From NCBI RefSeq assembly GCF_001194135.2, contig NC_069007.1:20420411-20463545 (forward strand): DNA of 43,135 bases, read 5' to 3'. Positions 29,820 to 41,487 of the stretch are shown here, in pieces. The translations under genes were made by a program, and so were the position numbers. Below the pieces are notes generated by a model. It was not told the DNA's origin. It saw nothing but the letters and a program-made list of their open reading frames with translations, and made no database searches. Source of the DNA: Octopus bimaculoides (lineage: Eukaryota). Within the stretch, counting starts at the first letter, position 1; the number at the start of each line of letters is the position of its first letter.

Positions 29820-29970
29820 AATACGTTCTCTTGTAGCTTCAAGATTTCAATGAAGGTGTTTGTTTATTTTTAGAATGACAACATAGGGTAGGTGTTTGAG
29901 GCTGGATCTGGTGAGTCTGAACATAAAACAGATAGAATATTTGGGCCAGATGTAGCTCATTTAAAAGCTA
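29820..29970. mobile_element. MITE-like repeat fragment (related copy at ~930-1016 ends in AAAGGGTTAA)
   Basis: Shared GATAGAATATTT(T/G)GGC...GAT...TTTAAA...CTAA block; the TTAA-CCC terminus at ~1010 suggests a piggyBac-like element. Confidence 0.45.
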
Positions 29971-29972
29971 AT

Positions 29973-31163
29973 TTAAGGCTTCTCTCCTGTGTGTATTCGC
30001 TTGTGCTTATTTAAGTAAGTTTGATAGATGAATGATTTTCCACATATTTCACAGTGCCATGGCCTGTCACCAGTGTGGATACGAATGTGACCTCTAAGAT
30101 TAGATTTATCAGAGAATGATTTACCACATATTTCACAATGGAATGGTTTCTCTCCGGTGTGTACTCTTAAGTGACAAACAAGTACACCATTATTAAGGAA
30201 CGCCTTTCCACATATTTCACAGTGGAAAAGTTTTTCCCCAGAATGTATTTTTTTATGAACTACAAGACGAGAATTGATAATGAACGATTTCCCACATATA
30301 TCACAATGATAGGTTTTTTCTTTGCTATGAATCTGTACATGTGTAACAAGTGTTGATTTATTGATGAAGCATTTTCCACATATTTCACAGTCAAACGGTT
30401 TGTCTCCAGTGTGAATTCGTTTGTGAATTGTTAAATAGCCATTACTGGCAAAAGATTTCCCACAGATTTCACAGTAGAAAGGTTTTTCTCCTGTGTGAAT
30501 CCTTTTGTGACGTGTTACATCACACTTATACACAAACGATTTTCCACATATATCACAGTGGTAAGGTTTTTCATCAGTGTGGAATTTTTTGTGAATTGTT
30601 AGACAACTATTATTGACAAAGGATTTCCCACAAGTTTCACAGTGATAAGGTTTTTCTCCAATGTGGATTCTTTTGTGAGCTGTTAAAGAACTATTACCAA
30701 CAAATGATTTTCCACATATTTCACAGTGGAATGGCTTTTCTCCAGTGTGTCTACGGATGTGGAGAACAAGTTGAGAATTATGGGTAAACGAATTTCCACA
30801 TATCTCGCACTCAAAAGAATTTTCTCCAGTGTGGATTCTTTTGTGATTTCGTAAATAACTATTATCCGCAAATGATTTTCCACACGTTTCACAGTTGTAG
30901 GGTTTTTCTCCAGTGTGACTACGTTTGTGGACGATAAGGTGAACATTCTGATTCAATAATTTTCCACAAATTTCACATCGAAATGGTTTTTTTCCTGTAT
31001 GTAATCTTTTGTGCGTTGTTAAATTACTTCTGTTCGCAAAAGATTTTCCACAAATTTCACATTTAATATGTTTCTCTAATGGACTTTCTTTACATGATAA
31101 TATCTCACCACTGGATGTCTGTTTAACTGAATTTATAGTGTCTGAGTAATTACCATCCTCCAT
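29973..31163 (-). CDS. C2H2 zinc-finger protein ZG, 13 fingers
   Basis: ORF 29973..31187 (TTG start called by the track); MEDGN ATG at 31163; ends TGEKP*. Confidence 0.94.
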   Translation of the reverse strand: MEDGNYSDTINSVKQTSSGEILSCKESPLEKHIKCEICGKSFANRSNLTTHKRLHTGKKPFRCEICGKLLNQNVHLIVHKRSHTGEKPYNCETCGKSFADNSYLRNHKRIHTGENSFECEICGNSFTHNSQLVLHIRRHTGEKPFHCEICGKSFVGNSSLTAHKRIHIGEKPYHCETCGKSFVNNSCLTIHKKFHTDEKPYHCDICGKSFVYKCDVTRHKRIHTGEKPFYCEICGKSFASNGYLTIHKRIHTGDKPFDCEICGKCFINKSTLVTHVQIHSKEKTYHCDICGKSFIINSRLVVHKKIHSGEKLFHCEICGKAFLNNGVLVCHLRVHTGEKPFHCEICGKSFSDKSNLRGHIRIHTGDRPWHCEICGKSFIYQTYLNKHKRIHTGEKP

Positions 31164-31837
31164 ATTAACTCTTAAGAAATCTCTCAAAACCGATGCCTGT
31201 GGTTATAATCTATTATGGTTCAGTTTCTTGTCTTATGATGTCCAAACATGGGACTCTGTTTACATGTGTAGGAAATATGCAATGCAGAAATACTTTCTAC
31301 ATAACACTTGCAATGTTTGTTGCTGGCTGGGACATCTCCAAGTGGCACACATATTGCATACAAAAAGACTTGCAGATCTACATTAATATTTATGGATAGA
31401 GTTAAGAGAAGTTATGTACACTACAAACATATAAGGATCCAGAAACTATTGGTAGCAGGTATTCTAGTGGAATCAGAATTCTTGTACGACAGGTTGTAAA
31501 GCAACATTCAGCATAACTGTAAAGGAAGAAAATATATGACTGTTATATAATTGTTGTTGGGAGGGAAATGTGAGAGAGTATTAGAATAGTATTAGAATAG
31601 CTGTCCATTCAAAGTTTTATACTTAAAGCGAATGGACAGAGAGAGACAAAATGTAAAATATATAGAAATTTTAGGAAATAAAAATAATTTCAGAATTGCG
31701 ATTGTTGTCTGAATCAATGGATGAGTACAAGAAGAAAAAAATGCTCAAAGTAAGAAGAGAAAGGAGACACTGGAGGTTCAGATATTCGAAGACTCTACTG
31801 GGTATGTCTATGTACACACGCAAAATATGTGTGTGTG

Positions 31838-31874
<37 letters not shown>

Positions 31875-33315
31875 TTGTTTAAAAGATTTCCAACACTGTC
31901 TGTTTTCTATGTTTTATTTATATTCCTGCAGAACCAATGTGGGGTATAGAATATGGAATATACAATATATAATATAAAATAAAAATGGATGGCACCATGA
32001 AATAAAGTATTGAATGTAGATGAAATATTGAGTGTTCAATATAAAGGATCAAATATATAAATATATAAATATAAATATATAAAGGCGACTCGAGTTTCAG
32101 GGCTATTTCCCNNNNNNNNNNNNNNNNNNNNNNNNNNNNNNNNNNNNNNNNNNNNNNNNNNNNNNNNNNNNNNNNNNNNNNNNNNNNNNNNNNNNNNNNN
32201 NNNNNNNNNNNNNNNNNNNNNNNNNNNNNNNNNNNNNNNNNNNNNNNNNNNNNNNNNNNNNNNNNNNNNNNNNNNNNNNNNNNNNNNNNNNNNNNNNNNN
32301 NNNNNNNNNNNNNNNNNNNNNNNNNNNNNNNNNNNNNNNNNNNNNNNNNNNNNNNNNNNNNNNNNNNNNNNNNNNNNNNNNNNNNNNNNNNNNNNNNNNN
32401 NNNNNNNNNNNNNNNNNNNNNNNNNNNNNNNNNNNNNNNNNNNNNNNNNNNNNNNNNNNNNNNNNNNNNNNNNNNNNNNNNNNNNNNNNNNNNNNNNNNN
32501 NNNNNNNNNNNNNNNNNNNNNNNNNNNNNNNNNNNNNNNNNNNNNNNNNNNNNNNNNNNNNNNNNNNNNNNNNNNNNNNNNNNNNNNNNNNNNNNNNNNN
32601 NNNNNNNNNNNNNNNNNNNNNNNNNNNNNNNNNNNNNNNNNNNNNNNNNNNNNNNNNNNNNNNNNNNNNNNNNNNNNNNNNNNNNNNNNNNNNNNNNNNN
32701 NNNNNNNNNNNNNNNNNNNNNNNNNNNNNNNNNNNNNNNNNNNNNNNNNNNNNNNNNNNNNNNNNNNNNNNNNNNNNNNNNNNNNNNNNNNNNNNNNNNN
32801 NNNNNNNNNNNNNNNNNNNNNNNNNNNNNNNNNNNNNNNNNNNNNNNNNNNNNNNNNNNNNNNNNNNNNNNAAGGGTACTACTAAAGCAGAGTGGTCCCG
32901 AACGCGCAGTCGCGCGTCCGCGCTAGCTAGTCGTGAGTGGTCGATCCTATTATTTTTAAACTTCAAACTTCATTTGTTTTCTATTTTGATAAATTCTCTC
33001 TGTTGAAAATTATATTTTTATATTTTAAATAATTTGCAATTTCATGAAATATGTTTTTATATTAAATTTGCGTTTTCTAATTTGATAAATTCTACGGACA
33101 CAAACAGAGGTGAACGAGTGAGAGAGAGAGATAGTGAGATAGACAGACAGTAGCCAAAGAATCAACTCAAACCAGCAGTAACGTTCCTTGTCAGTTCTAC
33201 TTTCAATTCTGACAGTGCCGAAAATTATTATTTGATGATTAAAATATATTTTAACCATCCCCTAATGTAAGGAACAACCAATTAACGATGTAGCGTAATT
33301 TATAATGGAAATAAA

Positions 33316-33710
33316 AATATTTGATCATCCAAGTGACGGAACAACGACCTCGATACATCATATCAGTCGCTTTAAGTTACCTATATTATAAGTCGCTTTA
33401 AGTTACCTATATTATAAGTAAATTACCTGTAATTATTACTAAGTGTCACTGATAATTTTTCTCTCGCCGCAATTATGATAACGGTCATGCAAGTTAAATG
33501 TCTCTAACATAATTTAATACAGTGAGAAACACCATTTCAACTATATCAATTTATTCTTTCATTTATATCCAGTCTATGGTATAAATAAATATACATCAAC
33601 CAGCAAAATGATTAGTGTGGTTTAAATAAACTTCGTGGATAAATGTGGCAGAAAACATTAAAATTCAAAGTGAGAAGTTTGGCAAATTTAAGAAGTTAAC
33701 TGGCAATCTT
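33316..33710 (-). promoter_or_regulatory. Conserved 5' module of ZG
   Basis: Reverse-complement copy: TATTAAA 33519-33513; donor CAG|GTAATT at 33427/33426; acceptor at 31517/31516; 26-bp tandem duplication at 33365-33416. Confidence 0.6.
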
Positions 33711-34144
33711 ACGTGTTGTACCGAAAGATCACCTAACTACTGAGAAGTTGTGTCAAAATATATTTATATGCCAATTAAAAGACGTTAAAACAATGATAGT
33801 GATGATGGTATGTTATAACATTTGGTACGATACATAACCACAAATGCAATGTCCGTATTTTTCGTAATTGGGAAAGGGTCGCCCTGTGTATGATTGGTGT
33901 TAATATATTTGGAATATAGTTCTGAAATGTGATTAGGAGCTTCTCATATAAACCCCCAACACCTACGTGATACATGTTTTAAATAAAATGAGAAAGGGAC
34001 TAAAAAAGACAATAAAATTTGAAAGTTTGTTTCCACAGTCGGAATATCCAATATTAAAAAACAAAGAAATTCCAATCGCTTCTTGACAAGAATAAAAATA
34101 AAGACGTTTGAGATGAATTCATGACTTACCCGTTCTAAAGAATT

Positions 34145-34576
34145 TACCTATTCGTTTCAGAAAAGCAAAGTTAACTTTTAACATTCACGATTATTGCTGT
34201 TCCCTATTTAAATTACAATTTCCCCCATGTTTTATATGCAATAATTAATTAGTTGAGTGATTGTGATTGTATATTTAGTTTATACTATAGACTGGATGTA
34301 AATGAAAACACTAATTGATATAACTGTAGGACGTTTCTAACTAAGCGTATTAAATTATGTTAGGGACATTTAAGTTATGTCACCGGTAGTTTCATTCAGA
34401 CGAAAGAAGAATTACCAAATTCTTAATGATCCTGACCAACTTCTTATATTTCAGGTAATTTATATTATGTGAAGTAACTAACTCATGTTATAGTGAACTT
34501 TAATGTTTATAGATAACTTCAAGTGACTGATATGCTGTATCGAAGTCGCTATTCGATCACCTGGAGGATAGAATAT
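34145..34576 (+). promoter_or_regulatory. Conserved 5' module of ZH
   Basis: AAAGTTAACTTT 34167; TATTAAA 34348; donor 34454/34455; acceptor 35552/35553. Confidence 0.62.
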
Positions 34577-34695
34577 TTTATTTCATCGTTAATTGGTTGT
34601 TCCTCGTTTTACAGAACAGCTGAGACGTGTTTTTAATCACCACCTAATGAGTAATTAGCTTTCCTGTTGTGTATATATATATATATATATACATA

Positions 34696-35282
34696 CTCTT
34701 TTACTTGTTTCAGTCATTTGACTGCGGCCATGCTGGGGCACCGCCTTTTAGTCGAGCAAATCGACCCCAGGACTTATTCTTTGTAAGCCTAGTACTTATT
34801 CTATCGGTCTCTTTTTTGCCGAACCGCTAAGTTACGGGGGACGTAAACACACCTGCATCGGTTGTCAAGCGAAGTTGGGGGGACAAACACAGACACACAA
34901 ACATATACATACATACAGGCTGATGAGGAATAGACANNNNNNNNNNNNNNNNNNNNNNNNNNNNNNNNNNNNNNNNNCGTTTTTGGTATGCTGCTATATT
35001 TCATGTTGAGAACAATTTAGGTCTTAATAGACACAAGATGTGATCTATTTCTAGCGCATTAATTGTCCACGTTAGTGGTCGACGTTATTTTTTAAAATAT
35101 ACATACATATATATATACATATATACGACGGGCTTCTTCCAGTTTCCGTCTACCAAATCCACTCACAAGGCTTTGGTCGGCCCGAGGCTATAGTAGAAGA
35201 CACTTGCCCAAGGTGCCACGCAGTGGGACTGAACCCAGAACCATGTGGTTGGTAAGCAAGCCACTTACCACACAGCCACTCC
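34696..35282 (-). mobile_element. Near full-length tRNA-head SINE in the ZH intron (contains gap 34937-34977)
   Basis: Reverse complement starts GAGTGGCTGTGTGGTAAG (A-box-like), then GGGTTCAGTCCC (B-box-like), and ends GACTGAAACAAGTAAAAGAG. Confidence 0.8.
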
Positions 35283-35912
35283 AGGTGTGCCATGCATCAG
35301 GTGTGAAAGTGATTGCAGAACAATAAGAGATGAAGTGTTTTGTTCAAAAACGCAACACACTACCTGGTCTAGGAATTGAAATCACAATTGCTAGATCGTG
35401 AGTGCAAGATCCTAACCACTAGGCCATGTGCCCTATATAAATATAACATACACACACGTATCTATAACATATATATATAGCATACACACATCTACACACC
35501 TGTTTTTTTGTCTCCAACAGGTGTTTTACATATATATTTTCTTCCTTTACAGTTGTGCTGAATGTTCCATTACAACCTGTCACACAAAAATACCAATTCC
35601 ACCAGAACACCTGCTACCAGTCATTTATGGATGCTCTCTCTCTCTCTATGCTTGTAGCCTACGTGACATCTACTAACTATATCCACAATTATTAATGTAG
35701 GAAGAAGTCTTTATGGTTACAATATGTGTACCACTTGGAGATGTCCCAGCCAGTAACAGGTATTCTAGTGTTACATAGAAAAGATATCTACATTGCATAT
35801 TTTCTACACAAGTAAACAGAGTCCCATGATTTGGACATCATAAGACAAGAAACTGAACCATAATAGATTATAACCACAGGCATCAGTTTTCAAGAATTCC
35901 TCCAGAGTTAAT

Positions 35913-37299
35913 ATGGAGGATGGTAATCACTCAGACACTTCTAACACAAATGTTTCTGACAATATAGATTCTGTTAAACAGACATCTGATGGAGAGAGAT
36001 CATTACTGTGTGAAACATTTACGAAACGGAAATCATTACAGAGAAATATTAATTGTGAAATATGTGGGAAATCTTTTGTTAACAGAAGTAATTTATCAAA
36101 ACACAAAAGATTACACACTGGAAAAAAACCATTTCATTGTGAAATTTGTGGGAAATCTTTTAATCAGAAAACTCATCTTGTTAATCATATACGTAATCAC
36201 ACTGGAGAAAAACCTTACCATTGTGAAATATGTGGAAAATCATTTGTTGATAATAGTTATTTAACGAGCCATAAAAGAATGCACACTGGGGAAAACTCAT
36301 TNNNNNNNNNNTGTTGATAATAGTTATTTAACGAGCCATAAAAGAATGCACACTGGGGAAAACTCATTAGACTGTGAGATATGTGGGAAATCTTTTCCTT
36401 ATAACTCTCGCCTTGTTATCCATATGCGTAGTCACACGGGAGAGAAACCATTCCACTGTGAAATATGCGGAAAATCATTTGTCGACAATAGTTATTTAAC
36501 GAGTCACGTAAGGATTCACACTGGAGAAAAACGCTATCATTGCGAAGTATGTGGAAAGTCTTTTATCAAGAATTCCAGTCTTGTCACTCACATACGAAGT
36601 CACACTGGAGAAAAGCCTTATTCTTGTGATTTATGTGGCAAATCATTTGTCAATAATAGTTATTTGACAATTCACAAAAGGAAACACATGGGGGAAAGTT
36701 TGTTTCATTGTGAAACATGTGGGAAATCTTTCCCAAATAACTTGAAATTTGTTACCCACATGCGTATTCACACTGGAGAAAAACCTTACCACTGTGAAAT
36801 ATGTGGTAAGTCGTTCATTAAAAATTCTCGTCTTGTCATTCACCAGAGAATACACACGGGAGAAAAGCCATATAATTGTGAAATATGTGGGAAATCTTTT
36901 ATTAATAATTCTCGTCTCGTTACTCACAAACGAGTACACACTGGAGAGAAACCCTACCACTGTGACACATGTGGGAAATCTTTCTTCTCTAGCAGTAATT
37001 TAAAAAGACACAAATTACAACACATTGGTGAAAGGGCCTTCCATTGTGAAACATGTGGGAAATCCTACTTCAATAATAGTGATTTAAAAAGACACAAAAG
37101 GGAACATGGTGGAGAAAAAACATTCCACTGCGAAATCTGTGGCAAATCCTTCTTCGATAATTCTAATCTTATAGTTCACATCAGGAGTCACACTGGAGAG
37201 AGGCCCTATCATTGTGACGTCTGTGAGAAATCATTTATCTGTAAAAGTGACTTGAATAAACATAAACGGAGACACACCGGTGAGAAACCTAGTAACTGA
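35913..37299 (+). CDS. C2H2 zinc-finger protein ZH, probably 14 fingers, split by an assembly gap
   Basis: ORFs 35913..36317 and 36346..37299 are separated by 10 N, flanked by an identical 57-bp sequence (36245-36301 = 36312-36368). Collapsing the overlap gives one ORF. Confidence 0.88.
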
Positions 37300-37366
37300 G
37301 AAATACAAAAATCCCTTGTCTTCATCATCGGTTAACGTACTCCTTCCTTGCTGGCATGGGTTGGAT

Positions 37367-37645
37367 CAGGGGTTTTCAAACTTTTTGACTTGCGGACACC
37401 TTTATATTTCAGGCTTTACCTTAGGGACCCCCTTATAAACGCTTATGAAATTTATACATAAATATTTACTTAAAATAACATATATTTTTACATTTATTTA
37501 TTTAACAGTATTTAACAAATAGGTTTATTGTCAATTAAAAGATTTCGATTAAAAAACATATATAAAATCAAATTGCCCATAAAAAGTATTTGCTGCCCAT
37601 GGACCCCCTGTCTTGTCTTTGCGGACCACAGTTTGAAAACCCCTG
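37367..37645. mobile_element. hAT-like MITE, 279 bp, perfect 16-bp TIRs
   Basis: CAGGGGTTTTCAAACT (37367) ... AGTTTGAAAACCCCTG (37645). Confidence 0.85.
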
Positions 37646-37814
37646 GGTTAACGTACTCCTTCCTTGCTGGCAGACAGAAGCCTGCACCATGCCCCTGTGT
37701 TTGTTTTGGCATGGTCTTTTACCAAACACTCTGCAAAGCTGATTGTTTTTTACATGGCACAAGCACAGGCGAGGTCAGTTTTAGCATGGTTTCTACAGCT
37801 GGCTGCCCTTCCAA

Positions 37815-38125
37815 ATGCCAACCAGTTCAGTCCCACTGCATAGTAACTTGGGCATGTGTCTTCTACTACAGCCTTGGCCCAACCAAAGCCTTGCGAGTGG
37901 ATTTGGAAGATGGAGACTGAAAGAAGCCTCTTATGTCTGTGTTTGTCCCCATGTCCACTTGACAACTGGTGTGTGTTGGTGTGTTTACATCCCTGTAACT
38001 TAGCATTTTGGCAAAAGAAACTGATAGAATAAGTACCAGGCTTTAAAAAAACAGTACTGGGATCAATTCAAAAACTCTTCAAGGTAGTGCTCCAGCTTGG
38101 CCACAATCTAATAACTGAAACAAAA
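37815..38125 (+). mobile_element. tRNA-head SINE copy, inverted relative to 34696-35282
   Basis: GTTCAGTCCCACTG...TTGGGCATGTGTCTTCTACTACAGCC...GCCTTGCGAGTGGATTTGG...CTGAAACAAAAG. Confidence 0.75.
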
Positions 38126-38424
38126 GAAAAACAATATATAAACAAGATAATCTTTTACAAATTTTTTCATCACTGAAATCATTATTTGTAACAAAATATT
38201 GTTTAATAAAATTGTCTCTGTACTTAACTTAGACAAACTTAAACACATTGGTCCTCATTTTTTGATACATCCGAGGTGGATAATATTGCATGGATGTTGG
38301 TTACTTAACAGCATGGTTTTAATTTCAGTGTGTAGTAATATATGTTTACAATATTTTATTATAAGGGCACTAAAATAAGAAGAAGAATAAAACTGAAGTG
38401 AAGAATGAATGTGTGTTTATTTGA

Positions 38425-38462
<38 letters not shown>

Positions 38463-38489
38463 ATCTTCCTGAAATACAACACACTATTT

Positions 38490-38790
38490 CACATCAGGAA
38501 CTTTGCAAAACGAATAAATAAATGTAATGTTGAAAAATATCGATGAGCATGCTCTTGATTGATCTGCGTCTCTGTCAGGTGCACGTGCCACTCGAAACAT
38601 TGCGTACCAGCCATTGCCTCACTGCTGTAAGCTTCTTGAAGTATGCTCAATGTCTCTGTAGCAGACTTCCCAAGGTTAATGCAAAATTTCATGTTGGCTC
38701 TTCTAACTTCTTCTCCATGACAGAAATTGCAGTCTGCAACATACACAAATTTCACAACTTATGTATTTTTAGTAAAACTGCTAGAATTCC
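38490..38790 (-). mobile_element. Internally deleted mariner/Tc1 transposase relic
   Basis: RRANMKFCINLGKSATETLSILQEAYSSEAMAGTQCFEWH matches the mariner N-terminal HTH. It is followed within ~20 nt, in another frame, by IKSMLIDIF, similar to the catalytic-domain strand. Confidence 0.8.
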
Positions 38791-38821
38791 GTAGCATTTA
38801 ATAAGAGGGGGTCTTGTATAT

Positions 38822-39045
38822 CATCATCATCATTTAACGTCTGCTTTCCAAGCTGGCATGGGTTGGATTGTTTGACTGAAGGCTGCACCAGATTCCAATC
38901 TGATCTGGCAGAGTTTCTACAGCTGGATGTCCTTCCTGATGCCAACCATTCCAAGAGTCTGAGAGTGTAGTGGATGCTTTTTACATGTCACCGGCACGGG
39001 AGCTAGTCAGGCGGCACTGGCAACGACCACACTTGAATGGTGCTG
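38822..39045 (-). mobile_element. SINE-like repeat (AGGAAGGGCATC family)
   Basis: (CAT)n-TTTAACGTC...TCCAATCTGATCTGGCAGAGTTTCTACAGCTGGATG, as at 23463. Confidence 0.72.
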
Positions 39046-40087
39046 TAAAGTCTTACATAATATGATTTCTAATCTGATATGTAGAAACTATTTATGTTTT
39101 GTTGATTCCATTTCGGTGTCCTATATATAAAGTCGGATGAATATTACACGCTTTAATGCACTGGAAGCTTTTCCTTCTTGAATATATGCTACTGAAATTA
39201 GGTTCTTTTAATATGTCTGTGTGTCTTTTATGCCATCAAATACAGTAAGTTCGTTTTGCTGATTGCATTTCAGTGTCAGTATTTTATTTATAGTTTATAC
39301 TATTCTTGATTTCAGCTTTTACTTGTACCCAACTGAAATAGGTAACTGCTTTTCTTGATATATACATCGAAATAATAGCGGAGTGATCACTGGAATTATT
39401 TATTTATTCATTCGTTTTAATGGAAATATAAACCAAAATGATGTTGTTTAGTTCTAAATCACCCATATCGGACGTTGTCAAAAGCGCTCTAGCTGTGACC
39501 AACCAGGTTTTTATGTATACCTGGGGCTACAGTATTAAAAGTCGTTTTCTTTACAGAGAGTCGGGGTTTATTCAAGATGGATTTGGTTACTATTTCTAGT
39601 ATGTACAACCGTATCGATGCTATTGCATTGATACAAAATAATATAACAGAATGTTTTCAACAAACCATCTCAATAGTATTTGCCTCCTTTATATATTTGT
39701 TTGTTTAACTTCATGACTTTCTAATGAAAAAATAATTTTTGAAAAACTTCACATCTTCCTGACTTTTTTTAATCATGTTTAATGAGACTGTGTCTCTGTA
39801 AGACAATAGCACCGAAGAGATTATTTTAACAGGTGTATTTGTGGTTAACAAAGAATAGAAAGAGAATGGAATCCAACATATTTCACAATAATAGTTTTAT
39901 TTCCTCCACTCAGTATTCACCAGTTTATATTTGACAGACGTTTTTGTACAAAGGCTTCTTCTCAAATGAAATTTCTGGATTGCAACATGAGAAATCAATG
40001 AGAAATAATCCCAACATATTTCACCATAAATATTCTCCAATGTAGACATGTTGGTACTCTGTGACCTTAGATTTACACAAGATTTTC

Positions 40088-41487
40088 TCATGTTTCACAG
40101 TCCAAAGGCTTCCCTTTACTGTGTGTTCGTTTGTGTTTATTTACATCACTTTTACAAATAAATGCTTTCTCACAGATTTCACACTGATAAGGTCTTTCTC
40201 CAGTATGGGTACGGACATGAACTATAAGGTTAGAATGATCGAAGAATGATTTTCCACAAATTTCACAGTGAAAAGTCTTATCGCCCTCATGTCTTCTCTT
40301 GTGTCTTTTTAAATCACTGTTATTCACATAAGTTTTCCCACATATTTCACAACGGAATGCTTTTTTCCCCATATGTAATAACTTGTGTCTTGCTAAATTA
40401 CTGCTCGAGTAAAANNNNNNNNNNNNNNNNNNNNNNNNNNNNNNNNNNNNNNNNNNNNNNNNNNNNNNNNNNNNNNNNNNNNNNNNNNNNNNNNNNNNNN
40501 NNNNNNNNNNNNNNNNNNNNNNNNNNNNNNNNNNNNNNNNNNNNNNNNNNNNNNNNNNNNNNNNNNNNNNNNNNNNNNNNNNNNNNNNNNNNNNNNNNNN
40601 NNNNNNNNNNNNNNNAAAGGTTTTTCGCCAGTGTGTATCCTTTTATGAACTATAAGTTGACATTTCTGGATGAACGATTTCTTACAAATTTCACAATGAT
40701 ATGATTTTTCTCCGGTGTGAGTTTGTACATGGGTAGTGAGCTGTAAGTTAGTCATGAAAGATTTTCCACATATTTCACATTGGAACTGTACTTTTCCCCT
40801 GTGAATCCGTTTATGATTGGTTAAATAGCTATTATCAACAAAGGATTTCCCACATATATCACAATGGAAAGGTTTTTCCCCAGTGTGGCTACGATTGTGA
40901 ATAACAAGGTGAGACTTTTGAATAAACGATTTCCCGCATATCTCACAGTGATATGGTTTCTCTCCTGTATGTAACTTTTCATGTGTTTTTAGATTACTCG
41001 AACTCATAAAAGATTTCCCACATATTTCACAATTGTACAGTTTTGCTCCAGTGTGAATATTTATGTGTTTAACAAGGTTCGATCTCTCATTAAATGATTT
41101 ACCACACATTTCGCAATGATATGGCTTTTCTCCCGTATGGATTCTTTTGTGACTTTTTAAAGAGCTGCTATTGACAACTGACTTTCCACATATTTCACAG
41201 CGGAAGGGTCTTTCCCCAGTGTGACTACGTTTGTGGACAGCAAGATGAGACCCCTGATTACATAACTTTCCACAAATCTCACATTCAAACGGTTTTTCCC
41301 CAGTATGTAAATTTTTGTGGATTCGCAAATTACTGGAATTCACAAAAGTTTTCCCACATACCTTACAATCAAAATTTTTCTCTAATGATCTTTGTTTAGT
41401 AGATGCTTCACCTGTTAAACGTTTACCTGTATCTATACTGTCAGAAACAGTTGTGTTAGAAGTGTCTGACTGATTACTGTCCTCCAT
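40088..41487 (-). CDS. C2H2 zinc-finger protein ZI, 13 visible fingers plus about 2 in the gap
   Basis: ORF 40393..41487 has 9 fingers and runs into gap 40415-40615. The frame resumes as FYSSSNLARHKLLH and continues through ORF 40088..40372, ending SKGKPLDCET*. Confidence 0.88.

Noticed and set aside
32085-32950. CpG-rich sequence flanking the gap in the ZG intron
   Set aside because: Mostly hidden by 760 N; probably a repeat end, with too little sequence to classify.
3340-37003. Alternate-frame and antisense ORFs overlapping finger arrays (e.g. 3340-3621, 3618-3830, 8952-9245, 30171-30946, 36643-37003)
   Set aside because: Shadow ORFs produced by the periodic finger codons; no independent protein features.
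353-40704. Long ORFs consisting mostly of X (e.g. 5711-6262, 9752-10267, 18531-19262, 32103-32966)
   Set aside because: Artefacts of translating N gaps and microsatellites.
3400-41400. 84-bp periodic repeats resembling a CRISPR-like array
   Set aside because: They are in-frame C2H2 finger units in a eukaryotic genome; no cas genes and no repeat-spacer structure.
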